NCBI GenBank assembly: GCA_023246755.1 | Contig: JAHFHU010000001.1 | Location: 6,072-70,071 of the forward strand | DNA: 64,000 nucleotides | Direction of reading: 5' to 3' | Origin: Candidatus Magasanikiibacteriota bacterium | GTDB lineage: Bacteria > Patescibacteriota > Patescibacteriia > Magasanikbacterales > 2-02-FULL-50-9b | Part shown: one piece after another, positions 1 to 11,443 of the stretch | Layout of the letters: each line of letters opens with the position of its first letter | Position numbering within the stretch: position 1 is the first letter of the stretch | Notes under the pieces: model-generated | The model's input: the letters and a program-made list of their open reading frames with translations, nothing else | Database searches by the model: none | Told to the model about the DNA's origin: nothing | Made by a program: the position numbers and the translations under genes

Positions 1-1084
1 TCCACCATGTCTGAAAAAGCACGACCTGCAGCTCGACCGCACACTCGGTAACTCCCGGAATGTGCACAACACCCTTCCAAAGCACGCCGGCGTCTTCAAA
101 GCTTTCGCCGTTGCGCGCACCTCCAATCCGAACGCCATCGATGATACTTGGCCGCGCCCCACGCTTTGAGCTACACATATGCTGCTCAAGCACGGACCGC
201 ACGACGGACCAATCCTCCTTTGAGTGCACGATAATTCGAAACGCAACATCGTCACCAACGCCGCGCCCCATCAATCGTTTTCGCATCGCACTCGCACTGC
301 TTTTCAACTCGCGAAACTCAAGATGCACCCGAATATAACGATCAAGCTCCTCGTTATAAATAAACCGCGGAAGCATTTTGAACACAACGGTGTTTGAACC
401 CGACGTTTCATCAAATTCAGCAAACACCCCACCGCGCTGTGGATCAAACCGCACATGCATCGGCTGCGTGTGCACCGACCCGCGTGGTGGCGTCCGAAAC
501 ACCGTATTTTCAAGAAACGCCCGAATTACCTGCACATCACGATCTTGCACCTGCTCATCGGCCAGATAACTCGCCATCCACACCGACGTCATCAAAATAA
601 ACCGCGCATTCACGCTCCGAAGCGCGAGAATCGGCCCGTGTCGATCGAGCTGCACGACCTCGCCAAGACCAAAAGCCCAGTCCGGATAGAACGCCGTAAG
701 CGCAGTTACAAACGTTTGCGCATCGCTGTGTGATCCGTCGGATCCATATTGATGCCGCACATCTGAAAGCACAAACTCGTCCGCGAGTGAGTCAAGAATT
801 TCGCGCGCGCGATGTGCGCCCGCGACGACTTTTGTTTCTGAAGTTGTGCGCCCGCCAGAAATTCGACCGAGCGCAACAAGCAAACGTCGGCGCTCGATCG
901 ACGTCACATCGTCAAACTTTCGACGCTCTTCAAAAACCACGTGCAGAACTGCGTGCATGTCTGCGACAATCCGCTGCAACGGCTGTGGAAGCGTGTCAAT
1001 CGTTGACGGATCACTACCCGCCATCATCAAAAATGTTGGCTGATGCGTAAGAAGACAGTCGCGTAACAAAAGACCATCTGACAT
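1..1084 (-). CDS. RelA/SpoT-like (alarmone-synthetase-type) nucleotidyltransferase domain protein; partial, 3' end runs off the window
   Basis: Minus-strand ORF starting ATG at 1084..1082 (MSDGLLLRDCLLTHQ...) stays open down to position 1. It is missing from the supplied track because no stop lies inside the window. Its C-terminal part has synthetase-like motifs: 'FRELKSSASAMRKRL' (R-x-K-x3-S-x3-K-like), 'GDDVAFRIIVHS' (D-x-x-G/A-x-R-h-h), 'ECAVELQVVLF' (E-x-Q-like). No HD hydrolase motif seen. Visibly G+C-richer than the neighbouring ndk. Confidence 0.4.
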   Translation of the reverse strand, partial: MSDGLLLRDCLLTHQPTFLMMAGSDPSTIDTLPQPLQRIVADMHAVLHVVFEERRKFDDVTSIERRRLLVALGRISGGRTTSETKVVAGAHRAREILDSLADEFVLSDVRHQYGSDGSHSDAQTFVTALTAFYPDWAFGLGEVVQLDRHGPILALRSVNARFILMTSVWMASYLADEQVQDRDVQVIRAFLENTVFRTPPRGSVHTQPMHVRFDPQRGGVFAEFDETSGSNTVVFKMLPRFIYNEELDRYIRVHLEFRELKSSASAMRKRLMGRGVGDDVAFRIIVHSKEDWSVVRSVLEQHMCSSKRGARPSIIDGVRIGGARNGESFEDAGVLWKGVVHIPGVTECAVELQVVLFQTWW

Positions 1085-1162
1085 GAATCCCCCTTTATGC
1101 GCACAAAGTTTTGCGCATCTCTCAACGCTACATTTTCCAACAAAAAATGTCAACTAAAATCG

Positions 1163-1645
1163 TTACACCCGCTCATCATCCGAATACACGTGCAAATATT
1201 CGCCCTTGTCGTAATCAAGAATTTCGTCCGGCTTAAAAAACCGCGCAACCTCGGCTTGAGCATTTTCAACGGTGTCTGACCCATGAATCACATTGCACCC
1301 ATATCCCATCGCAAGATCGCCGCGAATCGAACCCGCAACTGCAGCACGCGATTTGGTGATGCCCATCACGAGCCGCACCGCATCAACGACCTCAAGACCT
1401 TCAAGACAAAGCGCAACAACCGGCGAAGACATCATAAATTTTTCAACGCTCGGATAAAACGGTTTCGACGCGATGTGCGCGTAGTGTTCACGAAGCACCG
1501 CATCGCCCAGACGCATCATTTTAAGCCCAACAACTTTGAGACCCTTTGTCTCAAAACGCTTAATAATCTCGCCGACGAGCCCGCGTTGGACTGCGTCTGG
1601 CTTAATGAGCACGAGTGTTTTTTCGTGGATGCCGTCGAATTTCAT
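1163..1645 (-). CDS. ndk: nucleoside diphosphate kinase
   Basis: 160 aa; 'LVLIKPDAVQRGLVGEIIKRFE', 'NVIHGSD' (active-site His region) typical of NDK. Confidence 0.95.
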   Translation of the reverse strand: MKFDGIHEKTLVLIKPDAVQRGLVGEIIKRFETKGLKVVGLKMMRLGDAVLREHYAHIASKPFYPSVEKFMMSSPVVALCLEGLEVVDAVRLVMGITKSRAAVAGSIRGDLAMGYGCNVIHGSDTVENAQAEVARFFKPDEILDYDKGEYLHVYSDDERV

Positions 1646-1719
1646 AGGATGTAAATTATTAGCCCGAGTGTATCATCTTTTTTGACGTCTGACAAGTGCG
1701 TGCGCTATGATGGAGCCAT

Positions 1720-2127
1720 ATGAAAAAATTCTCAACGAAACTCGCTGCAGTAGCTCTCGCAACTTTACTACTCGGCGCCGGATGTGCAAAAACACCCGAG
1801 AACACAGGAACCGGCGTTCAGGCAAATAAACCACCACAGGGTGCGGTTGTCCCCGTAACATTTAACCCAAACGCGCTCACGCCATCGGCGATCACGATCA
1901 AAGTCGGCGACAGCATCGAATTTCGCAATAGCGATTTGAAACCACATTGGCCCGCATCAAACCCACATCCATCACACACACTCTATCCTGAATTCGACTC
2001 AAAAAAAGAACTCCAGCCCGGCGAAACATGGGTGTTCAAATTTGAAAAAGTTGGAACATGGGGTTTTCATGATCATCTAAACGGCCGCAACGAAAAATTT
2101 TCAGGCATCGTAACCGTTACGCAATAA
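1720..2127 (+). CDS. putative lipoprotein (possibly small beta-sandwich/cupredoxin-like fold)
   Basis: Signal peptide with lipobox 'LLLGAGC'; 135 aa; no recognisable catalytic motif. Confidence 0.5.
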   Translation: MKKFSTKLAAVALATLLLGAGCAKTPENTGTGVQANKPPQGAVVPVTFNPNALTPSAITIKVGDSIEFRNSDLKPHWPASNPHPSHTLYPEFDSKKELQPGETWVFKFEKVGTWGFHDHLNGRNEKFSGIVTVTQ

Positions 2128-2128
2128 A

Positions 2129-4129
2129 TCAAAAATCGCTCAAGAAACTTTTCTTGCGCCAATCGGTCTCACCCTCAACAGGCTCGTACGAATACGTTGG
2201 TTCGCTCGAGCCTGTTTTATTTCCGCGACCACCATTGTCAATCAAGGCCTCGTCAATCTCTTCGATAAACGGCGACGGCGAAACAACAAAATCATTTTGC
2301 TTGCCGCCGAGCAATGTGTGTGAGAGAAATAAATTTTTTCGCGCGCGAGTGAGCGCCACATAAAAAAGCCGGCGCTCCTCTTCGATTCCACCCTCTTCAA
2401 GCGCCGCGCGTTCATTCGGAAACGCGCCTGCAACCAAATTAATTAAAAAAACCGTGTCCCACTCAAGACCTTTTGATTGATGAATTGTCGACAACACCAC
2501 CCGATCATCCGCCGCTTGCGATTTCGCACGATGCTGTTCTTGCAACGCAGTCTCGGCCAAAAAAGCCTTGAGGTCCGAAATGCGATCCGTAAACGTCGCA
2601 AGTTGCTCGACATCTTTAAGCCGATCTTGGTAATTTTGAAACTCATGCTCAAGATATCCACGATACGCAAAATCATTAATCACGCGAATCATCGCGCCAA
2701 CCGTGTCGTGCTTCATCGATAATTCCCACAATGTTTTTTTCACGACACCCCATCCAACGTTCCACCGCTTTTCAATTTCAAGTTGCGCCTCACCATGCAA
2801 AATTTCGTTTGTCGAACCAAACTGCTTGATCTGATCGTAAAGTTTGCGCGCAGACTCAAGACCAATCCCCTCTTGTTGCGTTAAAACTCGATGCCATGCG
2901 ATCGAATCTTTTGGCGACATAAACGCACGCAGATACGAAAGCACATCTTTGATATGTGCCCGCTCAAAAAATCGCTGGCCACCCCGATAATCATACGGAA
3001 CACCCCGCCGTGTCAATTCAACTTCAAGTGGCTGCGAGTGAAATGTCGAGCGAAATAAAATCGCAATCTCGGAAAGTTTATGCCCAATTCGCTGCAATCG
3101 AATGATGCTATCCGCAATTTTTTCTGCTTCAAGCGCCGCCGTGTCCGCTTTGATCAAGTGCGGCTTTTCATGCGTCGCCAAAATGCTCAACAATTCTTTT
3201 TTATACTGATGTGCATTTTGTTTGATGACATGATTTGCAACGGCGAGAATTTCCGGCGATGATCGATAGTTGGTAAGTAGATGAAAAATTTTCGCGCCCG
3301 GATAATGCTTGTCGAACTGTAAAATATTTGCGATGTCCGCGGCACGAAACGAATAAATCGATTGCGCATCATCGCCCACCGCCAAAACATTGCCATGTGC
3401 CTGCGCCATTTTATAAATAATTTTTGCTTGCACCCGATTCGTATCCTGATATTCGTCAACCAAAATATAATGGAACTGCTGGGATAATTTCGCGTGAACA
3501 TCCGGATGTTGTTCCAAAAGTTTGAGCCACAAACATAATAAATCATCAAAATCCGCAAACCCACTTTCTGTTTTTCGCGTTTCGTAAACGCGAAGCACGT
3601 TTGCAATTTCCGTTGCAACACCAAAGGCGCTTGGCCGCTTTACATCGATCGCCTCTTCGACCGAAATCATCGCATTACGTGAATACGAATAAATATCCGC
3701 GATCACATTGACGGACGGAAATTTCCGCGACTTCAAATCAACCCCCTCGTCCTTCAAAACTTGTGTGAGCAAACTTCGCGAATCTTCCGAATCAATAATC
3801 GTAATATGCGAGGTGAACCCGAGCAGCTTCGCATGCGACTGCACAATCCGATATCCAATATGATGAAACGTGCCGCTCCACATTGTTTTCGGCGCAGCGC
3901 CCACGAGCGATGCAACGCGATCGCCCATCTCTTTTGCCGCTTTGTTTGTAAAGGTGAGCAACAAAATATTTTCCGGCGGAATTCCTTTCTCGAGCAAATA
4001 TGCAACACGAAATGTTATGGTGCGCGTCTTGCCCGATCCCGCGCCCGCAAGCACAAGACATGGCCCGTCCGCATTCAACACCACATGATACTGCTCATCA
4101 TTCAATTCTTTTTTAAAATCAATCGCCAT
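2129..4129 (-). CDS. ATP-dependent DNA helicase, UvrD/PcrA/Rep family
   Basis: 666 aa; Walker A 'AGAGSGKTRTITFRVAYLL', helicase motifs 'VDEYQDTN', 'GDDAQSIYSFRAAD', C-terminal 'VALTRARKNLFLS'. Confidence 0.9.
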   Translation of the reverse strand: MAIDFKKELNDEQYHVVLNADGPCLVLAGAGSGKTRTITFRVAYLLEKGIPPENILLLTFTNKAAKEMGDRVASLVGAAPKTMWSGTFHHIGYRIVQSHAKLLGFTSHITIIDSEDSRSLLTQVLKDEGVDLKSRKFPSVNVIADIYSYSRNAMISVEEAIDVKRPSAFGVATEIANVLRVYETRKTESGFADFDDLLCLWLKLLEQHPDVHAKLSQQFHYILVDEYQDTNRVQAKIIYKMAQAHGNVLAVGDDAQSIYSFRAADIANILQFDKHYPGAKIFHLLTNYRSSPEILAVANHVIKQNAHQYKKELLSILATHEKPHLIKADTAALEAEKIADSIIRLQRIGHKLSEIAILFRSTFHSQPLEVELTRRGVPYDYRGGQRFFERAHIKDVLSYLRAFMSPKDSIAWHRVLTQQEGIGLESARKLYDQIKQFGSTNEILHGEAQLEIEKRWNVGWGVVKKTLWELSMKHDTVGAMIRVINDFAYRGYLEHEFQNYQDRLKDVEQLATFTDRISDLKAFLAETALQEQHRAKSQAADDRVVLSTIHQSKGLEWDTVFLINLVAGAFPNERAALEEGGIEEERRLFYVALTRARKNLFLSHTLLGGKQNDFVVSPSPFIEEIDEALIDNGGRGNKTGSSEPTYSYEPVEGETDWRKKSFLSDF

Positions 4130-4133
4130 GGCG

Positions 4134-4952
4134 TCACTCTACCACAAGCACGCGCGCATTTCCAGTTGCGACACGTGACACATCCGTATCATGATCCCAG
4201 TCATGCATCGCGCTCATCAAAACTTCTTTTTTGTAAACAAAATTTTCACCAAATTGTGTCCCGGGATCATTCGCAATAAAATCGCCATCAGCAGTAAATC
4301 CACGCACCACGATCATATGAAATGTCGGACCTCCATTTTTAAAATACGGATTTTTAAGCGCTTTTCCATCAGCCGGAACAATCACCGGATGGCCGGCGGC
4401 GAGCTCAGCCCGAATCATTTCACGCGTTGGATTTTCAATAATCCGAACTTTTTTGTAATGCAAATACTCACGAGCAATCCGTGCAACCAATTCGATGCGC
4501 GTGCTTTCAAAATGCCCAAACGTCGTAATCTCCCAATCGCGCATATTTGATAATTCCATTTCCATCTGATCGCTCGTGTATGTTTTATGAGCAAGAAACC
4601 CGTGTACACCCAGCAACGCCGCCTCTTCACAAAATTCTTCATGATCAGCGTCCCAATTTTTTTTCGGCGCTTGCGGAAAAAATGCAACGTCCAAATTAAA
4701 CGCATCCGCCAATTTCGGTTCGGTCACTGGCGGCGTCGATGTCGTTACCGCCACAACAGTAGTCGCCGGCATCATAATCAGATTCAAAATCGGAATCTGT
4801 GCAACAGTTGCATGTGCTCGCTCTGCCTCACGAACAAGCTCGGCGTGCGCATGGCGTTTGGTGTAATAATATGAACCAAAAAATCCGGTGATCGCCCCGA
4901 GAACGACTGCAAAAAAAATAATAATTGAGACATCAATCGAATTTCGACGCAT
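4134..4952 (-). CDS. membrane-anchored putative cysteine peptidase (C39-like / papain-fold domain)
   Basis: N-terminal TM helix; C-terminal domain has a candidate Cys ('EEFCEEAALLG'), His ('HMIVVRGF') and Asp, resembling peptidase_C39-like domains. Family assignment is tentative. Confidence 0.45.
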   Translation of the reverse strand: MRRNSIDVSIIIFFAVVLGAITGFFGSYYYTKRHAHAELVREAERAHATVAQIPILNLIMMPATTVVAVTTSTPPVTEPKLADAFNLDVAFFPQAPKKNWDADHEEFCEEAALLGVHGFLAHKTYTSDQMEMELSNMRDWEITTFGHFESTRIELVARIAREYLHYKKVRIIENPTREMIRAELAAGHPVIVPADGKALKNPYFKNGGPTFHMIVVRGFTADGDFIANDPGTQFGENFVYKKEVLMSAMHDWDHDTDVSRVATGNARVLVVE

Positions 4953-5004
4953 ACGTTAATTCAATCTCCATATTGACAGGTTTACCATTTACCTGCAAGA
5001 ATAG

Positions 5005-6876
<1,872 letters not shown>

Positions 6877-6930
6877 TTAAAGGTCTGATATGATATACGT
6901 TCACGCACATCAATCGGTTTCAAAAGTATA

Positions 6931-7956
6931 TCACAGAATAAGTAGCGCGTCTCCGAAACTGTAAAACCGATAGTCACGCGCAATTGCATCATTATATATA
7001 TTTTTCAGGACATCGAGCCCGTCCGCCTCACCCAAAAATGCACTGACGAGCAATAACAAAGTTGATCGCGGCAGATGAAAATTCGTAATCAACCCGTCGA
7101 TTACCTTAAATGAATACCCCGGATTGATAAAAATATTGACATCGTCGGAACCCGCGTGACCACCAAGGCCTTCAAGCGCGCGAACCGTCGTCGTGCCAAC
7201 CGCGATAACACGCCCGCCACGAGCTTTTGTTTCCGCGATCAGCCGTGCGGTCTCAACCGAAATATCAGCCCATTCACGATGCATGGTGTGTGCCTCAATC
7301 GTTTCGGTTTTAATCGGCTGAAACGTCCCGATTCCAACATGAAGCGTCACCTCGGCCAAGCGCACACCGCGCCCACGCAACGATCCAAGCAGTCGTCGCG
7401 TAAAATGAAACCCCGCGGTCGGCGCCGCAACCGAACCGGCGTGCTTCGCATAAACCGTTTGATACCGCGACAAAGATAGTGGCTTCTCGCCAACATACGG
7501 CGGAATCGGAATCTCACCAATCTTATTCGCAAATGCAATTACCTCGCTCACCGACATCATTTTCCCGTCGCGCACAAATGAAAACACAAACCGTCCATTT
7601 TCAAAACGCTGAACAACGCGCCCCCGCACCCGCGTACTCAAAACGACTTCATCGTCCACGCGCAATCGTCGCCCTGGTTTTCCCAAACATTCCCACCCCA
7701 CGTCGCCGTGTGGCCGCAACAAAAAAATTTCAATCTGCCCCGTCCGATCAAACAAGCGCGCGCGAAAAACTTTCGAATTATTAAACACCAACAGATCATC
7801 CGGTCGCAAAAATTCCCCAACATCACGAAAAGTTTTATGCTGCGTCATGCCGGTCGCGCGATCATACACCAACAACTTCGACGCATCGCGCGGCGAAACC
7901 GAATGTTGCGCGATGCGCTCCGGCGGCAAAAAATAATCAAGTTCGTTCGTTTTCAT
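6931..7956 (-). CDS. queA: S-adenosylmethionine:tRNA ribosyltransferase-isomerase
   Basis: 341 aa; 'LDYFLPPERIAQHSVSPRDASKLLVYDR', 'FHLPRSTLLLLVSAF' typical of QueA; adjacent to tgt. Confidence 0.9.
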   Translation of the reverse strand: MKTNELDYFLPPERIAQHSVSPRDASKLLVYDRATGMTQHKTFRDVGEFLRPDDLLVFNNSKVFRARLFDRTGQIEIFLLRPHGDVGWECLGKPGRRLRVDDEVVLSTRVRGRVVQRFENGRFVFSFVRDGKMMSVSEVIAFANKIGEIPIPPYVGEKPLSLSRYQTVYAKHAGSVAAPTAGFHFTRRLLGSLRGRGVRLAEVTLHVGIGTFQPIKTETIEAHTMHREWADISVETARLIAETKARGGRVIAVGTTTVRALEGLGGHAGSDDVNIFINPGYSFKVIDGLITNFHLPRSTLLLLVSAFLGEADGLDVLKNIYNDAIARDYRFYSFGDALLIL

Positions 7957-7958
7957 TT

Positions 7959-8981
7959 TTATTTCAAAAATTTTTTATTCAGCGCGTGCTCGTCGAGTGT
8001 GCGCGCATAATGCACGGCCCCGTCCGGCCCCGTCAGATAATACCAATACCCGTTTGCCACGGGATGCAGCGCCGCACGAACCGAATCAACGCCCGGATTG
8101 CTGATCGGCCCCACCGGCAGCGATCTATATTTATACGTATTCCATGGCGAATCTATCGCGCGCTCCGCACTCGTCGTAAATCGTCCCGATCCATTAACCA
8201 CATATTGCACAGACGCATCAAGCTGCAACGGCATCCCAACAGCAAATCGTCGCCAAATAATATCCGCAACCATCGCCCGATCTTCGAAACTCTTCACTTC
8301 CTTTTCTAATAAACTCGCAACCGTGACTATCTCATGCAGCGAATGACCACTCGCGACAATATCTGCGCGAAAGGGTTTCATAATTTTTGCATCAAACGCA
8401 CGGAGCATCATCGTCACGAGCCCGCGCGCACCCTGCCCCGCATCATACACATACGTATCCGGAAACAGATAGCCCTCAAAAGAAATGTCGGGCGGTACCG
8501 CTTTTAAAAATAAAAATGTCTGGCTCAAAGTAACATCTCGCGACACGCTGCCACTCCGCGCCGTATACGCCGGCCTCCCGGTAATCGAAAATAACGTGTT
8601 CGCCGCAACCACATCGATTGCAGCAAATCGTCTTTTAATATCGCGCAGGTCATCACCTTCCGGAAATGTAATTCGTGCATGATTGGCATCAGCATTCATC
8701 ATCACATTCACCGCGCACACCCATCCACATGCACGCGGAATCACGATCACACCGGGAAAAATTTTTGCGCTCGGCATGAAAATTTTTATATACCCACGAA
8801 CAAAAAAAGATGAGCGAATAATCCCAGCATCTCGCATTTTTTCCGCAACGCGTGTGATCGAATCTTCCGGAGCAATCATAACGGAGCCCGGAGAAATGTG
8901 CGTTGCCCACCACAAAAATCCCGCGAAACAAACACACACCAGAGCGAGACTAAAAAACAATCTCCCCACGCGTGCCGTCAT
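7959..8981 (-). CDS. mltG: endolytic murein transglycosylase MltG (YceG-like)
   Basis: N-terminal TM; YceG motifs 'WNTYKYRSLPVGPISNPGVDSVRAALHP', 'YWYYL'. Confidence 0.85.
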   Translation of the reverse strand: MTARVGRLFFSLALVCVCFAGFLWWATHISPGSVMIAPEDSITRVAEKMRDAGIIRSSFFVRGYIKIFMPSAKIFPGVIVIPRACGWVCAVNVMMNADANHARITFPEGDDLRDIKRRFAAIDVVAANTLFSITGRPAYTARSGSVSRDVTLSQTFLFLKAVPPDISFEGYLFPDTYVYDAGQGARGLVTMMLRAFDAKIMKPFRADIVASGHSLHEIVTVASLLEKEVKSFEDRAMVADIIWRRFAVGMPLQLDASVQYVVNGSGRFTTSAERAIDSPWNTYKYRSLPVGPISNPGVDSVRAALHPVANGYWYYLTGPDGAVHYARTLDEHALNKKFLK

Positions 8982-8982
8982 A

Positions 8983-10050
8983 TTAATTTTTGTTAAACCG
9001 CTCGGCGAGTGTGCTCACATTGTGCGCCAAATCAGCTCGACACACGAGCACATACGCATCCGTTTCAACAACGATAACATCATCGACTCCAACACACACA
9101 ATTGTTTTAGCGCCATCGCCATACACCACATTTCGATGCGCATCAATAAATTCTGCGCGTGCACGCGAAACAACATTTTCCGACGCATCCGCCGACAATA
9201 CATTTTTCAAAACCATCCACTTCCCGACATCAGACCATCCCCACCCATCGGCCAAATACGCGGAACGAACAAGCGCCTGTTTCGTCAGCAACGACTCAAT
9301 CGAAATGATCGGCAACTGTGCCGCTGCAGCACGCGCGCGTTCCTCATCGCCGCCCGCAATCATTTTTTGTATCTCACACACCTGATTCCACACCTCCGGC
9401 GCGCACGATTCAAACAGTGCGACAATCGTTTTTAATTTCCAAAAATACATACCGGTGTGTGCAAACCACGAACCCGCCGTAATCATCAGCGCACACGTTT
9501 CTGCATCAGGCTTCTCAACCCAATCCGTCAACGGACCGACGGGCTCCCCTGAAAAATCCGCGCGCACATAACTATAGCCCGGATCAATATATTCTGGCGT
9601 GACAACCGGCATCACGATGTGCTCGGGATGTGTGTCTAAAAAATTTGCAATTGCATCGATCGCTTCGCGAAATAAATCACTCCGCTCGATATAATCGTCC
9701 GCGGGAATCGAAGCGATCACTGTTTCGACATCGATGCCTGCAGCGCACAAAGACGCGACCTCAAACGCGATGCCCGGACCGGTGTTGCGTTTCAATAACT
9801 CCGCAAAAATATGTGTCGATGGAATTTCCGGAACTTGCGCACGCGTCAGATCAACATAGCGCTGATTCGTCGTAATAAAAATATTTTCATAACCAAACGC
9901 GGCGACACGGCCGACCGTTTCTTGCAGCATCGTGCGCTCGGAAAATACGGGAACAAACTGCTTTGGCAACGTACTCGTCGACAGTGGCCACAAACGTGTC
10001 CCCGTCCCACCGGCGCGAATCACTATTTTGAATTTGGAATTGGTTGCCAT
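8983..10050 (-). CDS. manC: mannose-1-phosphate guanylyltransferase / sugar nucleotidyltransferase
   Basis: 'KIVIRAGGTGTRLWPLSTSTLPKQFVPV' nucleotidyltransferase signature. Start placed at the internal ATG (MATNSKFKIV) at 10050; the Cys/Arg-rich upstream extension to 10197 looks non-coding. Confidence 0.8.
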   Translation of the reverse strand: MATNSKFKIVIRAGGTGTRLWPLSTSTLPKQFVPVFSERTMLQETVGRVAAFGYENIFITTNQRYVDLTRAQVPEIPSTHIFAELLKRNTGPGIAFEVASLCAAGIDVETVIASIPADDYIERSDLFREAIDAIANFLDTHPEHIVMPVVTPEYIDPGYSYVRADFSGEPVGPLTDWVEKPDAETCALMITAGSWFAHTGMYFWKLKTIVALFESCAPEVWNQVCEIQKMIAGGDEERARAAAAQLPIISIESLLTKQALVRSAYLADGWGWSDVGKWMVLKNVLSADASENVVSRARAEFIDAHRNVVYGDGAKTIVCVGVDDVIVVETDAYVLVCRADLAHNVSTLAERFNKN

Positions 10051-10574
10051 ATCAAACTTTTTCTCAAACGATATATGATAGCCGATAGTAACACACCAAG
10101 CACGGCTCCGGCAAGAACATCGCTTGGATAATGAACGCCAACCAACACACGCGCGCACGCAATCAAACCCGCGACAACAAACGCAAACTGCCCCCATTTT
10201 TTGTCATACCGATAGAGCACAAACGCGATCGCAAACGCGGTAATCGCGTGACTTGAAGGAAACGACTTGCTTGTTGTGGGTTCCGCGATCAACGGAATGA
10301 AACCGTGCGTGATAAACGGCCGCGGACGAAAATGGATAAACCCGATTATGCGACTCAATAAATATGCAGAGGCGGCTGAAAAACAGAGCACGAAAAAAAG
10401 TTCTCGCGATTTTCGACGCCACAAAAAAAACGCTGCGCCGCAAACTAAAACCGCCACGCTCGCGTAGTTTAAAAAAATTGCACACGCGCTCACTGCGGGA
10501 TGCGCGAGCATGAACGCGTGGACGGCCTCTACGGCAGAATTATCGATATTCATAGATTTAAAAGTATAACACAT
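10023..10574 (-). CDS. PAP2-family membrane phosphatase (undecaprenyl-diphosphatase-like)
   Basis: PAP2 motifs 'SFPSSHAITAF' and 'GVHYPSDVLAGAVLG'; multiple TM helices; overlaps manC start by 28 nt. Confidence 0.8.
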   Translation of the reverse strand: MCYTFKSMNIDNSAVEAVHAFMLAHPAVSACAIFLNYASVAVLVCGAAFFLWRRKSRELFFVLCFSAASAYLLSRIIGFIHFRPRPFITHGFIPLIAEPTTSKSFPSSHAITAFAIAFVLYRYDKKWGQFAFVVAGLIACARVLVGVHYPSDVLAGAVLGVLLSAIIYRLRKSLIWQPIPNSK

Positions 10575-10666
10575 AAATTAAAAACACCTGCCACCTCAAC
10601 CGACGATGGAACACATCGGGTAAGGTAGCAGGGTGTATGCCGCGGAATGGTTGCGTCGAACACGCA

Positions 10667-11302
10667 CTACTCCGGCATTTGCTCGCGGGAAATGGTGTAA
10701 CGCACGGTGCGCAAACCAGCTCCGCTGTTCGCGACAAAATCGACCGGAACTTCCGGCGCTGGCGCCGCGCCGAACCGAATCGACACGTTGGTCAACCGGA
10801 CGAATCGCTGACTCGGTTGCGCAAAAGGCTTTGGCAGCCCCCGCCCATCCGGTTCCGTCGTCGACAGACCAGCCCAAAAACGAAAGACTGGCGCGCCGTC
10901 ATTGTCCTCCGTCGTCTCGAGATGTGCAAAATTGAGCACACCAACGGACGCTGGCGTCCAGAGTTCGGTGGACATCATCCGACCGCCCTCTTGCCAATCC
11001 AGTGTAATCCACGCGGTTGATACTCGGCGTGCACGCAGGATGTCCTGCGTTGTCTTTGCGCGCATCGAGATGATCACCATGGGCATGACCAATTTGTTGC
11101 CGCTGTGGGGGAAAACGATCCCCACCACCGCGTTTCCGGCATCGAGAATCTCGGGGTCCTTCCCCTCAAGACCAAGCCGCTCGACGAACAGCGCGCGCTC
11201 ACCGCCGAGCTGTTGGTAAAGCGGGTAGCTTGCGCTTGGCGCACCCGTCGTCACATTTCCGACCACACGCTTCGCCGAACTCACTGGACTCATCATCAAC
11301 AT
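10667..11302 (-). CDS. hypothetical protein (G+C-rich, likely acquired)
   Basis: Start placed at ATG 11302 (MLMMSPVSS...), which has a perfect SD 'GAGGAGG' 6 nt upstream. Upstream TTGACA-like box. Visibly higher G+C than flanks; no recognisable domain. Confidence 0.5.
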   Translation of the reverse strand: MLMMSPVSSAKRVVGNVTTGAPSASYPLYQQLGGERALFVERLGLEGKDPEILDAGNAVVGIVFPHSGNKLVMPMVIISMRAKTTQDILRARRVSTAWITLDWQEGGRMMSTELWTPASVGVLNFAHLETTEDNDGAPVFRFWAGLSTTEPDGRGLPKPFAQPSQRFVRLTNVSIRFGAAPAPEVPVDFVANSGAGLRTVRYTISREQMPE

Positions 11303-11443
11303 CGTAACCTCCTCACAACGCTCGTCAATCGAGCTCCTCACCCTACAATAAATTTCAGATTTTGTCAACACCCTCATTTGCGTGTTATTTTCAAACACCG
11401 TATAATGAAAATAATTTTTTTACGCACACATTATATCGCTCTT

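Noticed and set aside
8683-9435. 250-aa plus-strand ORF
   Set aside because: Lies entirely antisense to the well-supported manC gene; low-complexity His/Arg-rich translation; typical shadow ORF.
10051-10197. N-terminal 49-codon extension of the manC ORF (MGAVCVCCRGFDC...)
   Set aside because: Cys/Arg-rich, not part of the nucleotidyltransferase fold, overlaps the PAP2 gene; internal ATG at 10050 gives a canonical N-terminus.
10596-10935. Overlapping 93-127-aa ORFs on both strands at 10.6-11.0 kb
   Set aside because: Consequence of elevated G+C (few stop codons) around the 10667..11302 gene; mutually exclusive and Arg-rich.
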